A stretch of 64,000 nucleotides of DNA from Oligoflexales bacterium. Its GTDB lineage: Bacteria; Bdellovibrionota_B; Oligoflexia; Oligoflexales; Bog-1112. Positions 9,633 through 20,202 of this stretch are shown one piece after another; positions within the stretch are counted from its first letter, which is position 1; each line of letters opens with the position of its first letter. The position numbers and the translations under genes are program-made. The notes beneath the pieces were generated by a model. The model was not told the origin of the DNA. It saw nothing but the letters and a program-made list of their open reading frames with translations, and searched no databases. The DNA is taken from NCBI GenBank assembly GCA_045105515.1, contig JBGCDR010000040.1, positions 53,014-117,013 on the forward strand, read 5' to 3'.

Positions 9633-11483
9633 ATGGAATCTTACCAAGTTATAGTTATTGGTGGAGGGCATGCAGGTTGTGAAGCAGCCCTAGCCTCAGC
9701 ACGCATGGGTGTTAAAACTCTCCTGATGACTCAATCAGTAGATCGCATTGCTGCCATGAGCTGCAATCCGGCAATAGGTGGAACTGCTAAAGGACATTTA
9801 GTTAAAGAGATTGATGCACTAGGTGGAGAGATGGCAAAAGCCATAGACCAAACCGGCATCCAATTTCGCATACTAAATCGGAAGAAGGGTCCAGCAATTT
9901 GGTCATCTCGAGCCCAAGCTGACATGGGACTTTATAGTCGGTATATGAAGCATGCCTTAGAACAAACTGAAAACCTCGCAATTAAACAAGATACCGTTGA
10001 AGGTCTTATTCTAGATCAGAGCAACAAAGACGCTCCAAAGGTGATAGGGGTAGATACCAAGATCTTTGGACAGATTATGGCTGAGAAAGTCGTTATCACA
10101 GCTGGAACCTTTCTTGATGGACTCATTCATATAGGTAAAAATAAAATCGGTGCCGGGCGAGCTGGAGATGCTCCATCTATAGGGCTTTCACAGTTTATTC
10201 GTAATTTCGGTTTTAGGGTAGGTAGGCTCAAAACAGGCACTACTCCAAGGCTTGATGCTAAAACAATCAATTGGAATATTCTTGAACGTCAGGATTCAGA
10301 TGCTGATATCATCCCTTTCAGTTTTTCTACACCAAAAATTGGTCAAAAACTTATCCCCTGTTACATAACCAAGACCAATGCTAAGACTCATGAAGTAATT
10401 GCCAATCACATGGGTGAATCTCCTCTATATAGCGGCGAAATTACGGGAATTGGACCCCGTTACTGCCCGTCTATCGAGGATAAAATCGTAAAGTTCCCTG
10501 ATCGATTATCACATCAGATCTTTTTAGAACCACAAGGCTATGACACCTGTGAAGTTTATCCTAATGGAATATCCACCTCTTTACCATTAGCTGTACAAAT
10601 AAAGTTTATCCGTACCATAGAAGGACTAGAAAATGCTGAGATTATTCGTCCTGGTTATGCTATTGAATATGATTTCGTTGATCCGACCGAACTTAAAAAT
10701 AACCTAGAGACAAAGAAAGTCTCTAATCTTTATCTCGCTGGTCAAGTCAACGGAACCACTGGCTATGAGGAAGCAGCAGCTCAGGGCCTACTAGCAGGCA
10801 TAAACGCTGCTCTTGGCTGTAAAGGAAAAGATCCTTTAGTTTTAAGTCGCTCAAGAGCTTATATCGGAGTTCTGATAGACGACCTCATAACTAAGGGTAC
10901 CAATGAACCATACAGAATGTTTACTTCCCGTGCTGAACACCGCTTATTCCTTAGAGAAGATAATGCAGATACTCGCTTAACTGAAATAGGACGAAGCTTG
11001 GGTCTTATTAATGATTCGGAATACCAAGCTTTTGCCGAAAGAATTAGGCAAGTAAAAGAAGGACATGAATACCTTCGACAAACTCGCTACGGAGAGCTTG
11101 ATATAGCATCACACCTCTACGAAGGGAGTGACAACAGAGGAACACCCTTGATAAATCTTATCCGCAGACCTACTGCCACTTTGGAAGACTCTGGAATACT
11201 TCCACACCTAGTAGCTTCGATTAAACGGCGCATAGAAATCGAGGTTAAGTATGAGGGATATATAGCTCGTGAACTTAGAGCTGTAAAAGACACTGAAACC
11301 CTCGATAAAATCAAGATTCCAGCCGCAATTAATTACAGCAAGGTCAATGGCTTAAACAATGAGGCTGTGCAAAAACTTGTACATTTTAAACCCCAGACCC
11401 TTGGCCAGGCATCACGTATCAGTGGCATTACTCCTGCAGCAACTCATATCTTGAGAATCTGGCTTAGGGATGGACTTGCTTAA
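9633..11483 (+). CDS. mnmG: tRNA U34 5-carboxymethylaminomethyl modification enzyme MnmG (GidA)
   Basis: [68 protein letters not shown]. Confidence 0.97.
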   Translation: MESYQVIVIGGGHAGCEAALASARMGVKTLLMTQSVDRIAAMSCNPAIGGTAKGHLVKEIDALGGEMAKAIDQTGIQFRILNRKKGPAIWSSRAQADMGLYSRYMKHALEQTENLAIKQDTVEGLILDQSNKDAPKVIGVDTKIFGQIMAEKVVITAGTFLDGLIHIGKNKIGAGRAGDAPSIGLSQFIRNFGFRVGRLKTGTTPRLDAKTINWNILERQDSDADIIPFSFSTPKIGQKLIPCYITKTNAKTHEVIANHMGESPLYSGEITGIGPRYCPSIEDKIVKFPDRLSHQIFLEPQGYDTCEVYPNGISTSLPLAVQIKFIRTIEGLENAEIIRPGYAIEYDFVDPTELKNNLETKKVSNLYLAGQVNGTTGYEEAAAQGLLAGINAALGCKGKDPLVLSRSRAYIGVLIDDLITKGTNEPYRMFTSRAEHRLFLREDNADTRLTEIGRSLGLINDSEYQAFAERIRQVKEGHEYLRQTRYGELDIASHLYEGSDNRGTPLINLIRRPTATLEDSGILPHLVASIKRRIEIEVKYEGYIARELRAVKDTETLDKIKIPAAINYSKVNGLNNEAVQKLVHFKPQTLGQASRISGITPAATHILRIWLRDGLA

Positions 11484-11800
11484 TTTGGGGATACTTGCTT
11501 AGTTATCCAGTTTAAGTAACTTTCATTTCCTCTTTCAATAGGCAGCTGAATTATGCATGGAATATCATAAGAATGTAGATTTTTGATCTCACTAACCGTT
11601 GTATCGTATTTGGATTGGCAAGTTTTTAATAAAACTACATACTCTTCTTCTTCACAAATATTACCATCCCATTCATATACTGAGTTGATTGGTCCCAATA
11701 TATTTGCGCAAGCGATTAGCTTTTCTTGGACCAAGTTGCGAGCTATAAGTTTAGCTTCTGAAGCATCCTTGCAAGTTATATAGATTAATACTGCTGTCAT
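11480..11800 (-). CDS. cutA: Divalent-cation tolerance protein CutA
   Basis: [44 protein letters not shown] 11800 is the likely start. Confidence 0.92.
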   Translation of the reverse strand: MTAVLIYITCKDASEAKLIARNLVQEKLIACANILGPINSVYEWDGNICEEEEYVVLLKTCQSKYDTTVSEIKNLHSYDIPCIIQLPIERGNESYLNWITKQVSPN

Positions 11801-12241
11801 ATTTATTCCAATTCTGTAACTTTTCACCAAGCCTAGTCCATCTCAGGATGGCTAAAACCATTAATAAAATGTTCAATCCAATAGCATAAGGAATTGATTT
11901 TACCTGTCAATTCGCATGATATTTTTTAGGGCTCAATTTTCCAATAGCAAATCCGAATAGACTACTGTAAGTCAATTGGGACTTAGCAAAATTAGAGGTA
12001 TATTTACCAATATTATTAATAACCTACCCTAATGCTGTTGTTCCTACATTAGTACTAACAGCATTCCGATTATCCTCCAGTTGATCCGCAAATTTTCCAA
12101 CCACTTTCGTGTGAGCCTGAATATGTAGAGGAAAGGCTCACGCCCCTTCCTTTTCTAGAACTGTGAGCTAACTTGTTTTGAACAAACAAAACTGGTATAA
12201 AATGGACTTTCTTAGTAACAAAGGGAGTTAATCAACTCAAT

Positions 12242-12889
12242 ATGCAAAAAAGCCTTTTAGTAAAAGAGTTTTATAAAAGTATTCAAGGAGAGTCTTCATA
12301 TTCTGGGCTTCCGTGTGGTTTTGTACGTTTAAGTGGTTGTCCACTACGTTGTCGGTGGTGTGACACAGTGTACGGTTTTAAAGGTGGTGACACCCTAAGC
12401 ATCGACGAAATTTTAGAAAATGTCAAAGCTATGAATGTTCCATTGGTGGAACTCACTGGAGGGGAACCATTAGCCCAAGAAAATTCTATTGAATTACTAA
12501 ACAGGCTCTGTAAAGAAGGATATAAAGTACTTCTTGAAACCAGTGGGAGTATTAGTATTGAAAACGTCCCTGACAAGACCCACATCATTATGGATCTTAA
12601 ATGCCCAGACAGCCAAATGAGCGAACATAATTTATTCTCAAACCTAGATTACCTCAAACTTACTGATGAAATAAAATTTGTAGTAGCAAGCAAATCTGAC
12701 TTAACTTGGGCTCATATGATGATTCATGAATATGGACTCGATAAAAGGTTCTCAATACTAATCTCACCTGCATGGGGACTTGTAAAACCCCAAGATCTAG
12801 TAGAGTGGATGCTTGAATATAATATTCCTGCTCGTCTTAATCTCCAAATTCATAAATACATTTGGGGACCGAAAGCAAAATCCGTTTAA
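12242..12889 (+). CDS. queE: 7-carboxy-7-deazaguanine synthase (radical SAM)
   Basis: SIQGES..G....FVRLSGCPLRCRWCDT, LTGGEPL, ETSG, MDLKCP, LQIHKYIW. Confidence 0.9.
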   Translation: MQKSLLVKEFYKSIQGESSYSGLPCGFVRLSGCPLRCRWCDTVYGFKGGDTLSIDEILENVKAMNVPLVELTGGEPLAQENSIELLNRLCKEGYKVLLETSGSISIENVPDKTHIIMDLKCPDSQMSEHNLFSNLDYLKLTDEIKFVVASKSDLTWAHMMIHEYGLDKRFSILISPAWGLVKPQDLVEWMLEYNIPARLNLQIHKYIWGPKAKSV

Positions 12890-13038
12890 AATATTCCCAT
12901 AAAAAAATTCTAAAAAATATCTCAACAAGCCTTAGCAGTTTACATTTTTTTTCCCATTTCCTAGTATGCATTTGAGTCGTTTAGCCTTCCTATGACTCTT
13001 ATAATTGAGATATATTGTTCAGTCGCGATGAGGTGATT

Positions 13039-14061
13039 ATGCTAGGGTCTTCTCGTTTTTTATGCTTACTGTTATTCTTCATTTCGCAATTTAATTCGTC
13101 AATAACTTATAGCCGAGATGCCCCGTTAAATTTAGCAAGAATCGCAAATAAAATTTCTCCAATACGAGATTTTAATTTTCAAAATTTAGAAGCATTCAAT
13201 CTTTTGGAGCTCTCAGAAGACGATTGGAGCTCTATAAAAATTGATGGTATGTATATTCCAGCTCCTAAAAAAGCTAGTAAATTGCTCAGATATCTTACCA
13301 AAGTACAAGAAGTACTAAATTCTAGCGACAAAACAACTGCAAAACTACAATTTGGAGATAGAGAACCTATTACAATAAAGCTACCTTTTCTGGGTAGAGG
13401 TCACAACGGAGCAGTATATGAAATTGAAACATCTTTTGCTGAAAAAAAAGTTATTAAATTCACACTCCCACGCTTGCAAGCAGTCCAATCAGCAATTATA
13501 GAATATGAAGGTTACGATTTTTGGTTATATGAAGCTTCTAAATCCAGAAATTTTTCAATTCCAATTCAATATGATGCACATAAACTTGGATTTTATCGCA
13601 CAATGGAGAAAAATAACGGGATTACGCTTACTAAGTTTTTGCTTATGCTCGGTGCAATTCATATTGATGACCTAGCCAGCAAAGAAACCAGTTTCAATGA
13701 TAAATTTCTTAGTGGTATATACTCGGTCCAAGCGACGCAAATAGCACAAGCAATCCAAAGTATGATTGGCATCATAAGCAATAATCCAAAACGTTGTGTA
13801 TCCCTTTCTCCAAATAATATTCACGTAACTTACGATTTAGAAAATTTAGCAATCGAACGAATTGATCTTGTAGATATAGGACCCGTACCCTCAAAATTAG
13901 CGGTATATCAACAGTTAGAAAATTTCAACCAGTTTTTGGAGCTATGTGCAGAAAGGCTCAAAAAGTACCTTACTGGAAGGGAGTATAGCTATGATGTTGA
14001 GGAATTAAGTAGATATCAGGCACTTTATTCTGGGCCGCAGCTAAAATGGAATCTACAATAG
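13039..14061 (+). CDS. Secreted protein-kinase-fold protein, probable pseudokinase
   Basis: Signal peptide; LGRGHNGAVY, KVIK, MEKNNGITL, CVSLSPNNI (HRDLKPEN position), LVDIG. ATG 13039 follows a GAGGTG RBS. Confidence 0.6.
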   Translation: MLGSSRFLCLLLFFISQFNSSITYSRDAPLNLARIANKISPIRDFNFQNLEAFNLLELSEDDWSSIKIDGMYIPAPKKASKLLRYLTKVQEVLNSSDKTTAKLQFGDREPITIKLPFLGRGHNGAVYEIETSFAEKKVIKFTLPRLQAVQSAIIEYEGYDFWLYEASKSRNFSIPIQYDAHKLGFYRTMEKNNGITLTKFLLMLGAIHIDDLASKETSFNDKFLSGIYSVQATQIAQAIQSMIGIISNNPKRCVSLSPNNIHVTYDLENLAIERIDLVDIGPVPSKLAVYQQLENFNQFLELCAERLKKYLTGREYSYDVEELSRYQALYSGPQLKWNLQ

Positions 14062-14142
14062 TGAAAAACCATTTTTAGCCGCAAATCAATGATTGAAAAG
14101 GAATATAATTCTACTAAAATAGAAGTTAAAGGAGGCTACAAA

Positions 14143-14448
14143 ATGGAATTTTTGGTCAACAACAAAACCTTAGGATGGGTAAAAAATCTGGTTAAAGAGC
14201 AAGGATTTGACAGATTCGAAACTAAAACTTATTTAGGAGGCATCACTAAAGAATTTTTTGTAGGCCATCAAGCCGATATCATCTCTTTTGAATATGAGGG
14301 TGAATGGCCCGAGTGTCAAAAAAAGGATATTTGGCAACTTAAAGATGATGATGGCAAACTCATTGATTTCCTTCCCACAGACCTAATATCCAGCTTTACC
14401 CCAAATCAACTCGTGGTAAAAGGTGAACTAACTAAGCATCAAGCTTAG
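14143..14448 (+). CDS. Hypothetical protein
   Basis: GGAGG RBS before ATG 14143; 101 aa ORF. Confidence 0.6.
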   Translation: MEFLVNNKTLGWVKNLVKEQGFDRFETKTYLGGITKEFFVGHQADIISFEYEGEWPECQKKDIWQLKDDDGKLIDFLPTDLISSFTPNQLVVKGELTKHQA

Positions 14449-15580
14449 CATCCATCAACTCAATTAATTGTTCAATTTTAAAGGGTTTATCTAAAAGTGC
14501 TAAATTGGGGTACTGTGCTAAGAGCTTGGTGGTATCAATATTAGGCATTCCTCCTGTTGTAAAAATAATAGGAGTTGCTTTATTTTTACCTTGAGACCTA
14601 CACGCTTGTACTAGTCCTATCCCATCAATTTTAGGTATATCATAATCTGTAATTATGATGTCATACTCAACTGAATCTATATATTCAATTGCCTTGCGCC
14701 CATCTTCTACAGCCGTGACCTTGATATTTTTCGACGATTTAAAATCGATCACTTCTGCCAAAAATTCTCTTTGCTCATTATCATCCTCGACCAAGAGCAC
14801 CAAAAGACTATCTAGAATATTTTTTTCTTCTTTTGTCGAAACTAAATCAAACAAACGTGCTTCTTCAGATAAATTTTTTTCATCTGGAGAAACGAATTCC
14901 TGCGCCAAGAACTTAATGTTTTTTAAATTATCACTAATTTTATCGAAAACACCCATAGCAGTATTGTAAAATTTTTCAGGAATTTTTTCAATATTTAGGT
15001 CAAACGTCAGCATCAGTGTTGTAAGTCTACTACTAATTTCATGATTATATTTCGCTGAATCTAGTAGGGCTTGCTCTACTTTATGACGATCACCATCACG
15101 TAGCTTGAGAGTTCGCAAAGTCAAAAGGTGGGATACATGTTTTGCCGAAATGGATAAGGATTTTTTTTGTAATTCGCTCAATGATTTAGGCCTATTATCC
15201 ATGACACAAAGAGTACCAACATTGTAACCATTCGCTGACTTGATTGGAATTCCAGCATAATAAAAACAAGAGGGATCTTGATGAACCAAAGGATTATCAT
15301 GATATCTATGATCTTCGCGACAATCAGCAACTTCAATAATTTCATTCCCAAGGACTACCTGATCACAAGGAGAGGAGCTTCGAGATAATTTATCGATCGA
15401 TACTCCAAAACAGGATTTAACCCATTGCTTATCGCTGTCAATAAAGCTAATTAGGACAATCTTAGCCTTACATACGTCAGCAACAAACTCTGCTATTTGA
15501 TCATAATTCTCATCTGATTCAGAACCAATAATTGCTAATTCTGCGAGTTCTACTAATCTTTTATTTTCTTTCTTTGGCAT
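14432..15580 (-). CDS. GAF - HisKA-like helix - receiver (REC) signalling protein without HATPase domain
   Basis: GAF (ISFIDSDKQWVKS...DNPLV...YAGIPI...GTLCVMD); HEISSRL helix; REC (LLVEDD, IITDYDIP, FTTG, DKPF). Confidence 0.8.
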   Translation of the reverse strand: MPKKENKRLVELAELAIIGSESDENYDQIAEFVADVCKAKIVLISFIDSDKQWVKSCFGVSIDKLSRSSSPCDQVVLGNEIIEVADCREDHRYHDNPLVHQDPSCFYYAGIPIKSANGYNVGTLCVMDNRPKSLSELQKKSLSISAKHVSHLLTLRTLKLRDGDRHKVEQALLDSAKYNHEISSRLTTLMLTFDLNIEKIPEKFYNTAMGVFDKISDNLKNIKFLAQEFVSPDEKNLSEEARLFDLVSTKEEKNILDSLLVLLVEDDNEQREFLAEVIDFKSSKNIKVTAVEDGRKAIEYIDSVEYDIIITDYDIPKIDGIGLVQACRSQGKNKATPIIFTTGGMPNIDTTKLLAQYPNLALLDKPFKIEQLIELMDAKLDA

Positions 15581-15636
15581 AAGGACTGATTTTTTAGTTA
15601 AGGTTTTTTATAGTTCATATTCCAACCCGTACGCAG

Positions 15637-15664
15637 TAGTCGGACAGATCAGGGTAAATCTTTA
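15637..15664 (-). promoter_or_regulatory. Putative sigma28-type promoter (TAAAG-N15-TCCGACTA)
   Basis: Minus-strand motif ~57 bp upstream of the GAF-REC start. Confidence 0.45.
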
Positions 15665-15919
15665 ATGGCATCCCAGGCCAAGCCAGAAGCTTCATCTACT
15701 CTGTACCCTGTTAATATCATAAGAAAAGAAAGTCAGCGATATACCTTATCTAGTGCATTTTCCTTCAATGAACTAGCAAATCAAATTGTTCTTCTATTAA
15801 AAAAACAGATTTATCTTCTTGGAATTCACACCATAAAGAAAAATAAATTTAATTTAATTTACAGATACATGAGAAAATAATATTTAATAATATTCATACT
15901 TTCCGATTAGTCTTCTAAA

Positions 15920-17062
15920 GTGGAGACTGAAACAATGATAATAGGAAATATTATTTATATTATACTACTTATCTTTTTAAAACTATCCTGTACCCAAGCA
16001 AGTGATTACAATAAATTACACAAAAACAATATTAAGGATAATGCTTCTGAAATATCAGACGTCAAAGATTCAGATGATGATCAACAATCTAACAAGGACA
16101 AAGGAAATATTGATAATGTTGGAAATTCCGAAGATGGAATAGTTGAACCAGAAGAAGACAACACGACTGATAAACAAATATCAGAAGAAAAAACTGATAC
16201 TACGACTGAAGGGACATCAAAAGTTGGAAAAGATGATAATGTTGATGACGACAAAATAATAAAAAATGAAAAAGATAACTCTGACGAAAAATCACCTCCT
16301 CTTACAAGTAACTGTATTGAAGGTCCCCCTAAGATGTGGATCAAACAGGAAGACATTGAAGTAAATCAAACCTTACACCAATGGCATGTATGGCTACCTG
16401 AAGGAATAAACCAGCAAGATAATAATCATCCACTGGTTTTTCAGCTGCATGGGTGTAATCGTGATATAAATGATAAATTCAACTCAAATATACCAGTCAA
16501 TCAAGTCGGAGGAAATAATGCTATTCACATACGTCCTCTTATGAATGAAGGAGAAAATTGCTGGTCCCATCGAGGTGAAGACAGCCAGGGAGTTGCACTT
16601 TTTGATGCATTAATCGATAAAGTTCAAAATTGTTGGCGTGTCGATAGAGATCGTTTGTTATTGGTAGGTTGGTCTTCAGGTGCTTACATGTCTCATCAAC
16701 TTAGTTGCTTGCGTGGTGACGATATTAAAGCTGTCGCAATGAATGGGGGAGGGAGAAGTCGAGCTCATAGCCAAAACTGTGGAAATGTTGATGCGACTAT
16801 ATTGATTGATCAGGATGATATTACCAATGTAGACCAACAGCCACGGAGTATTGTAGCTCGTGCCGCTCTTGATAAATACCTTAGTGATAATGAAAACTGC
16901 ATTCCTCTAGATATTAAAGGCCCTTCAGAATGTATAGAGTATGAGAAATACAGTTGCGATGATAATAGGTTTTTAGCTTGGTGCATGACAACAAAACAGG
17001 GGCATAGCCGGCAACCAGAATTTTCTACCGAGTATTTCTGGGAATTCTTAGAACCCCTCTGA
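15920..17062 (+). CDS. Exported alpha/beta-hydrolase (esterase / PHB-depolymerase-like) with acidic linker
   Basis: Hydrophobic N-terminus with LSC; D/E/K-rich linker; PLVFQLHG, DRDRLLLVGWSSGAYM (GxSxG), C-terminal GH. Confidence 0.75.
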   Translation: METETMIIGNIIYIILLIFLKLSCTQASDYNKLHKNNIKDNASEISDVKDSDDDQQSNKDKGNIDNVGNSEDGIVEPEEDNTTDKQISEEKTDTTTEGTSKVGKDDNVDDDKIIKNEKDNSDEKSPPLTSNCIEGPPKMWIKQEDIEVNQTLHQWHVWLPEGINQQDNNHPLVFQLHGCNRDINDKFNSNIPVNQVGGNNAIHIRPLMNEGENCWSHRGEDSQGVALFDALIDKVQNCWRVDRDRLLLVGWSSGAYMSHQLSCLRGDDIKAVAMNGGGRSRAHSQNCGNVDATILIDQDDITNVDQQPRSIVARAALDKYLSDNENCIPLDIKGPSECIEYEKYSCDDNRFLAWCMTTKQGHSRQPEFSTEYFWEFLEPL

Positions 17063-17230
17063 AATAAACTAGATTCATCAATAATAACATTTCTTAATAT
17101 TCCAAGTCTAGCTCTGCACTGACTCGTAGAAAACTAAATCAAAACAATTAGAATTTGATAAAGAAGTCAATTTTATAACAAGCATCGAAGTTCATATTTT
17201 CCACCCCCAATAATAACAAGAAATTAATGT

Positions 17231-19168
17231 CTATTCAGATATTTGCAAAAATGCGATCTTATCACATGGTTTTGGCATCAAATCATCGTATTCAATATTA
17301 TAGGAACTTTGATTCCACGACAGGGAAATTGTTGCTTGATCTTTGCGTCCCGGGAGATAAGAAAGATCAATACCATAAGGCAAGAGAAGGTGTTTAACTT
17401 TTTTCCAATGCACCGGAGAAGGGGCAAATATCGCATCTGTTGTCCGTGACGCACTGGGAGCTAGAGTTACAAAAACATGCGAAATTTGGCCTTTTATCTT
17501 TCTATGAAAAACTACTTCTACATTTTTACCTTCTACGAATGATGTCATCATGGAAATAATATGATAAAAACTAGCAATCAAAACGCTGTTAGGTATCCAA
17601 GCAAATTTAAATATTTTTAAAGATTCAGGTGTATTGATTTTACAATGCAAAGATTCTTTTTCGAACATAATCAACTTGCTAACATAGTTGCACACTTCCT
17701 CAACTTGCATCGGAATACTTTTAATATCCTTCTCAACAAAAGCCAAACCTGACCAATATGATATGGTTTTCAAAGACAGTTCTTTTTCCGCATAAAGCTG
17801 ACTTATAATTTTATCTGTATTTTCTGATGCTACTAGGAGACGATTACCAAGGGTCAAAAACTCTTCAATATTCTCTTCTAGCTTATGTTTCGACCCATGT
17901 TCTCCACTCATCTCACAAAGTGACCTTAAAAATTTACGCGAACCTTTCTCTTGAAGGTTTTGCGACCAATTGGAAAATAATTTATGAAAATCCTTCATGA
18001 CTATCAAGGATTCATACTGATTGTAATCGCGTATTTCCTTTAGTAATTTTCTCTGATTCACTTGCTTCTCAATAAGGAGAGGTGCATTTTGGCAAATGTG
18101 ATAGGCGAGTGACCCATTTTCCGCTACTAAACTTAACTCTTCCTTAAAATTTTTAACCTTTTCTCTAAGCTTTTGATTTTCATGATTGATTTCTTTGAAA
18201 TGAGATAAAAAATCTGATTTTTTTGACTGTTCTTCTTTTTTTAATGCAAGAAGTTCTTCACACCAAATTCTATACTTTTCATCAGCATATAAACTCTTCG
18301 TCCTTTGCTCCTGATTATGTGCGGGATGTATGGTATTTTGCTGCAAGTCCCGACACCAGTTAAAAAAATCATATTCTCGTTCTCCAATAATTCGAAGACG
18401 CCTTTTTAGGACAGTTACGGTAAAAAATGCTAAAAGAGCTGATAAAATTAAAAAAGTCACTTGAATCTGAGAAAATGCATTTTTAATGCCTGCAACCCTG
18501 CTGGGAAGTAAACTAAGTAGCCAATGCTCCGACCACATCGATGCCATATATCCAGACTGAGGCTTATACCCAGCGTCAGTTATTAAGTACCTCTTGCGAC
18601 CAGAATTTTGATTCAAATTTAACTTAAATTCTCTAAATGCCTTGGTAAGTGCTGGATAAAGTGCAACCCATTCATTATCCAGCACCAGCTTCGCAACCAG
18701 GAGAATACTTGTGTTTTCTGGTAACCTAGCTCGAAGCCCCATCACAGGATTTCCTTCTTTCGTTTGGTCCCAGAAAAACCCACTTGAAGTATGCTTCTCA
18801 TCGAAGCAAGAGGTCTGAATGCTTTTATCAAGGGTGGACTTTAAAATTTGATTACAATTCGGAAGACCGTATACTTCTAACTGGTCGAGTTCTCCGTGTC
18901 TTAAAAACAAATTCCCATATGAACGAAAAACAAGATCCTTGCTCTTATTATTCAAGCTACTCATATCGATATGTTGTTTAAGCTCATAAAGATGGGAAGC
19001 TAAAAAAGCGCCAGATTGAATGAGAGCTCTATGATACTGCAATTCCAATTCATCAATATGATCTGCTGATTGTTCAAGATACCTATTACCAAGCATACCA
19101 CCTATTCCAATAGCTAACGCCAGGAGAGTACTGAATATTGGAAGGGGTAGGCGAGCAATTCGAAACAC
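17231..19168 (-). CDS. Membrane sensor-like protein (TM-periplasmic-TM-coiled coil, possibly degenerate HATPase-like tail)
   Basis: Two TMs and coiled coils; no intact H, N or G boxes seen. GTG 19168 follows a GGAGG RBS. Confidence 0.5.
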   Translation of the reverse strand: MFRIARLPLPIFSTLLALAIGIGGMLGNRYLEQSADHIDELELQYHRALIQSGAFLASHLYELKQHIDMSSLNNKSKDLVFRSYGNLFLRHGELDQLEVYGLPNCNQILKSTLDKSIQTSCFDEKHTSSGFFWDQTKEGNPVMGLRARLPENTSILLVAKLVLDNEWVALYPALTKAFREFKLNLNQNSGRKRYLITDAGYKPQSGYMASMWSEHWLLSLLPSRVAGIKNAFSQIQVTFLILSALLAFFTVTVLKRRLRIIGEREYDFFNWCRDLQQNTIHPAHNQEQRTKSLYADEKYRIWCEELLALKKEEQSKKSDFLSHFKEINHENQKLREKVKNFKEELSLVAENGSLAYHICQNAPLLIEKQVNQRKLLKEIRDYNQYESLIVMKDFHKLFSNWSQNLQEKGSRKFLRSLCEMSGEHGSKHKLEENIEEFLTLGNRLLVASENTDKIISQLYAEKELSLKTISYWSGLAFVEKDIKSIPMQVEEVCNYVSKLIMFEKESLHCKINTPESLKIFKFAWIPNSVLIASFYHIISMMTSFVEGKNVEVVFHRKIKGQISHVFVTLAPSASRTTDAIFAPSPVHWKKVKHLLLPYGIDLSYLPGRKDQATISLSWNQSSYNIEYDDLMPKPCDKIAFLQISE

Positions 19169-19276
19169 AGATCCTCCTGCAACTAAAATAGGGGTCCTGT
19201 GTTCGATTCTATCATTATTTAACAACAGACCATAAAGAACAACGGCTATCAATTAACGCGTTCTATGGCTCAAACC

Positions 19277-19723
19277 TTACACTTTAAGGTTTTCAACCAA
19301 CTCAACCAAGAGTCCACCGGTAGAGCGAGGATGGATAAAGGCTACTTGAGTGTTGTGAGCTCCGGTACGAGGCTTCTCATCGACGAATTCAATGTCCATT
19401 GACCTAAGGGAAGCTATTGCTGATTTTAAGTTATCAACCTCAAATGCTATATGATGGATGCCACCACCTTTTTTAGTAAGGTATCTTCCAACAGGGCCAT
19501 CCGTTGATAAACTTTCCAAGACTTCGAGTCTATTGAAGCTGCCAAAGTTCTCTGAAGCCTCATCCGCTTGACTTTCATAAATAGAAGTGTTCACTTCCTG
19601 CTCTTTGACCTGAGATGATCCGACATATTTCAGGTTTAAACACTTAGAAAAAAACGCTTCGGCCTTCTTTACATCTTTTGGCACAAGGCCCAGATGGTGA
19701 ATGCCCTTTACTTTAAAACTCAA
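19277..19723 (-). CDS. mce: Methylmalonyl-CoA epimerase (VOC family)
   Basis: IHHLG, LEVLE..DGPVGRYL.K.GGGIHHIAFEV, PRTGAH..VAFIHPRSTGGLLVELVE. Confidence 0.88.
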   Translation of the reverse strand: MSFKVKGIHHLGLVPKDVKKAEAFFSKCLNLKYVGSSQVKEQEVNTSIYESQADEASENFGSFNRLEVLESLSTDGPVGRYLTKKGGGIHHIAFEVDNLKSAIASLRSMDIEFVDEKPRTGAHNTQVAFIHPRSTGGLLVELVENLKV

Positions 19724-19755
19724 AAACCACTCCTAAGCTAATTCAAGCCGTTTGT

Positions 19756-20202
19756 TTAACGACTGGTATTCAAGCCCATCTCATCTATAGCCTTTTTTAA
19801 TAAGACTTTTTGATTCTGTTTCAATATATTTTTGCTTTGATACAACTCGATCAAGGACTTTTTTGCATTGAAAGTAATATTGCGATACTCTTCAGCGTCA
19901 AGTTCGCCAAGCTTCTTTATAAGTTTATCGAAAACTTCTTCCTTATCTATATCAGCACCTGTTGACCACTTACCTTTCCTTAGTGCATTCGTCGATAATG
20001 CTACAAATCTGCTAAATCTTGCGCCTACGGTCCCAGAACGCCTTGACTTTCCAGCTCTGCTCTTTGCTTTCAACCGTACTAACAGCTCTTCGTAACTAAA
20101 TGCAAAACTCGATTCAACCTCAGTGCTTCCAAGGGGAGTCTCTTGTACCGATGACCAAACTATATTTAAAGTATCGCCAGGCCTTAGCTCAACTGACGCC
20201 AT
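19756..20202 (-). CDS. Hypothetical basic protein
   Basis: GGGAGG RBS; 148 aa with a K/R-rich centre; co-oriented upstream of mce. Confidence 0.65.
   Translation of the reverse strand: MASVELRPGDTLNIVWSSVQETPLGSTEVESSFAFSYEELLVRLKAKSRAGKSRRSGTVGARFSRFVALSTNALRKGKWSTGADIDKEEVFDKLIKKLGELDAEEYRNITFNAKKSLIELYQSKNILKQNQKVLLKKAIDEMGLNTSR

Noticed and set aside
9472..11483. oriC next to mnmG (gidA)
   Set aside because: No DnaA-box cluster and no rsmG, parAB or dnaA nearby. Only a lone imperfect TTATCCACC near 20386.
12150..12241. preQ1 riboswitch upstream of queE
   Set aside because: No recognisable preQ1 stem-loop plus A-rich tail consensus.
15665..15880. 71-aa intergenic ORF
   Set aside because: No RBS or motif; AT-rich divergent promoter region; also true of 31514-31708 and 35048-35245.
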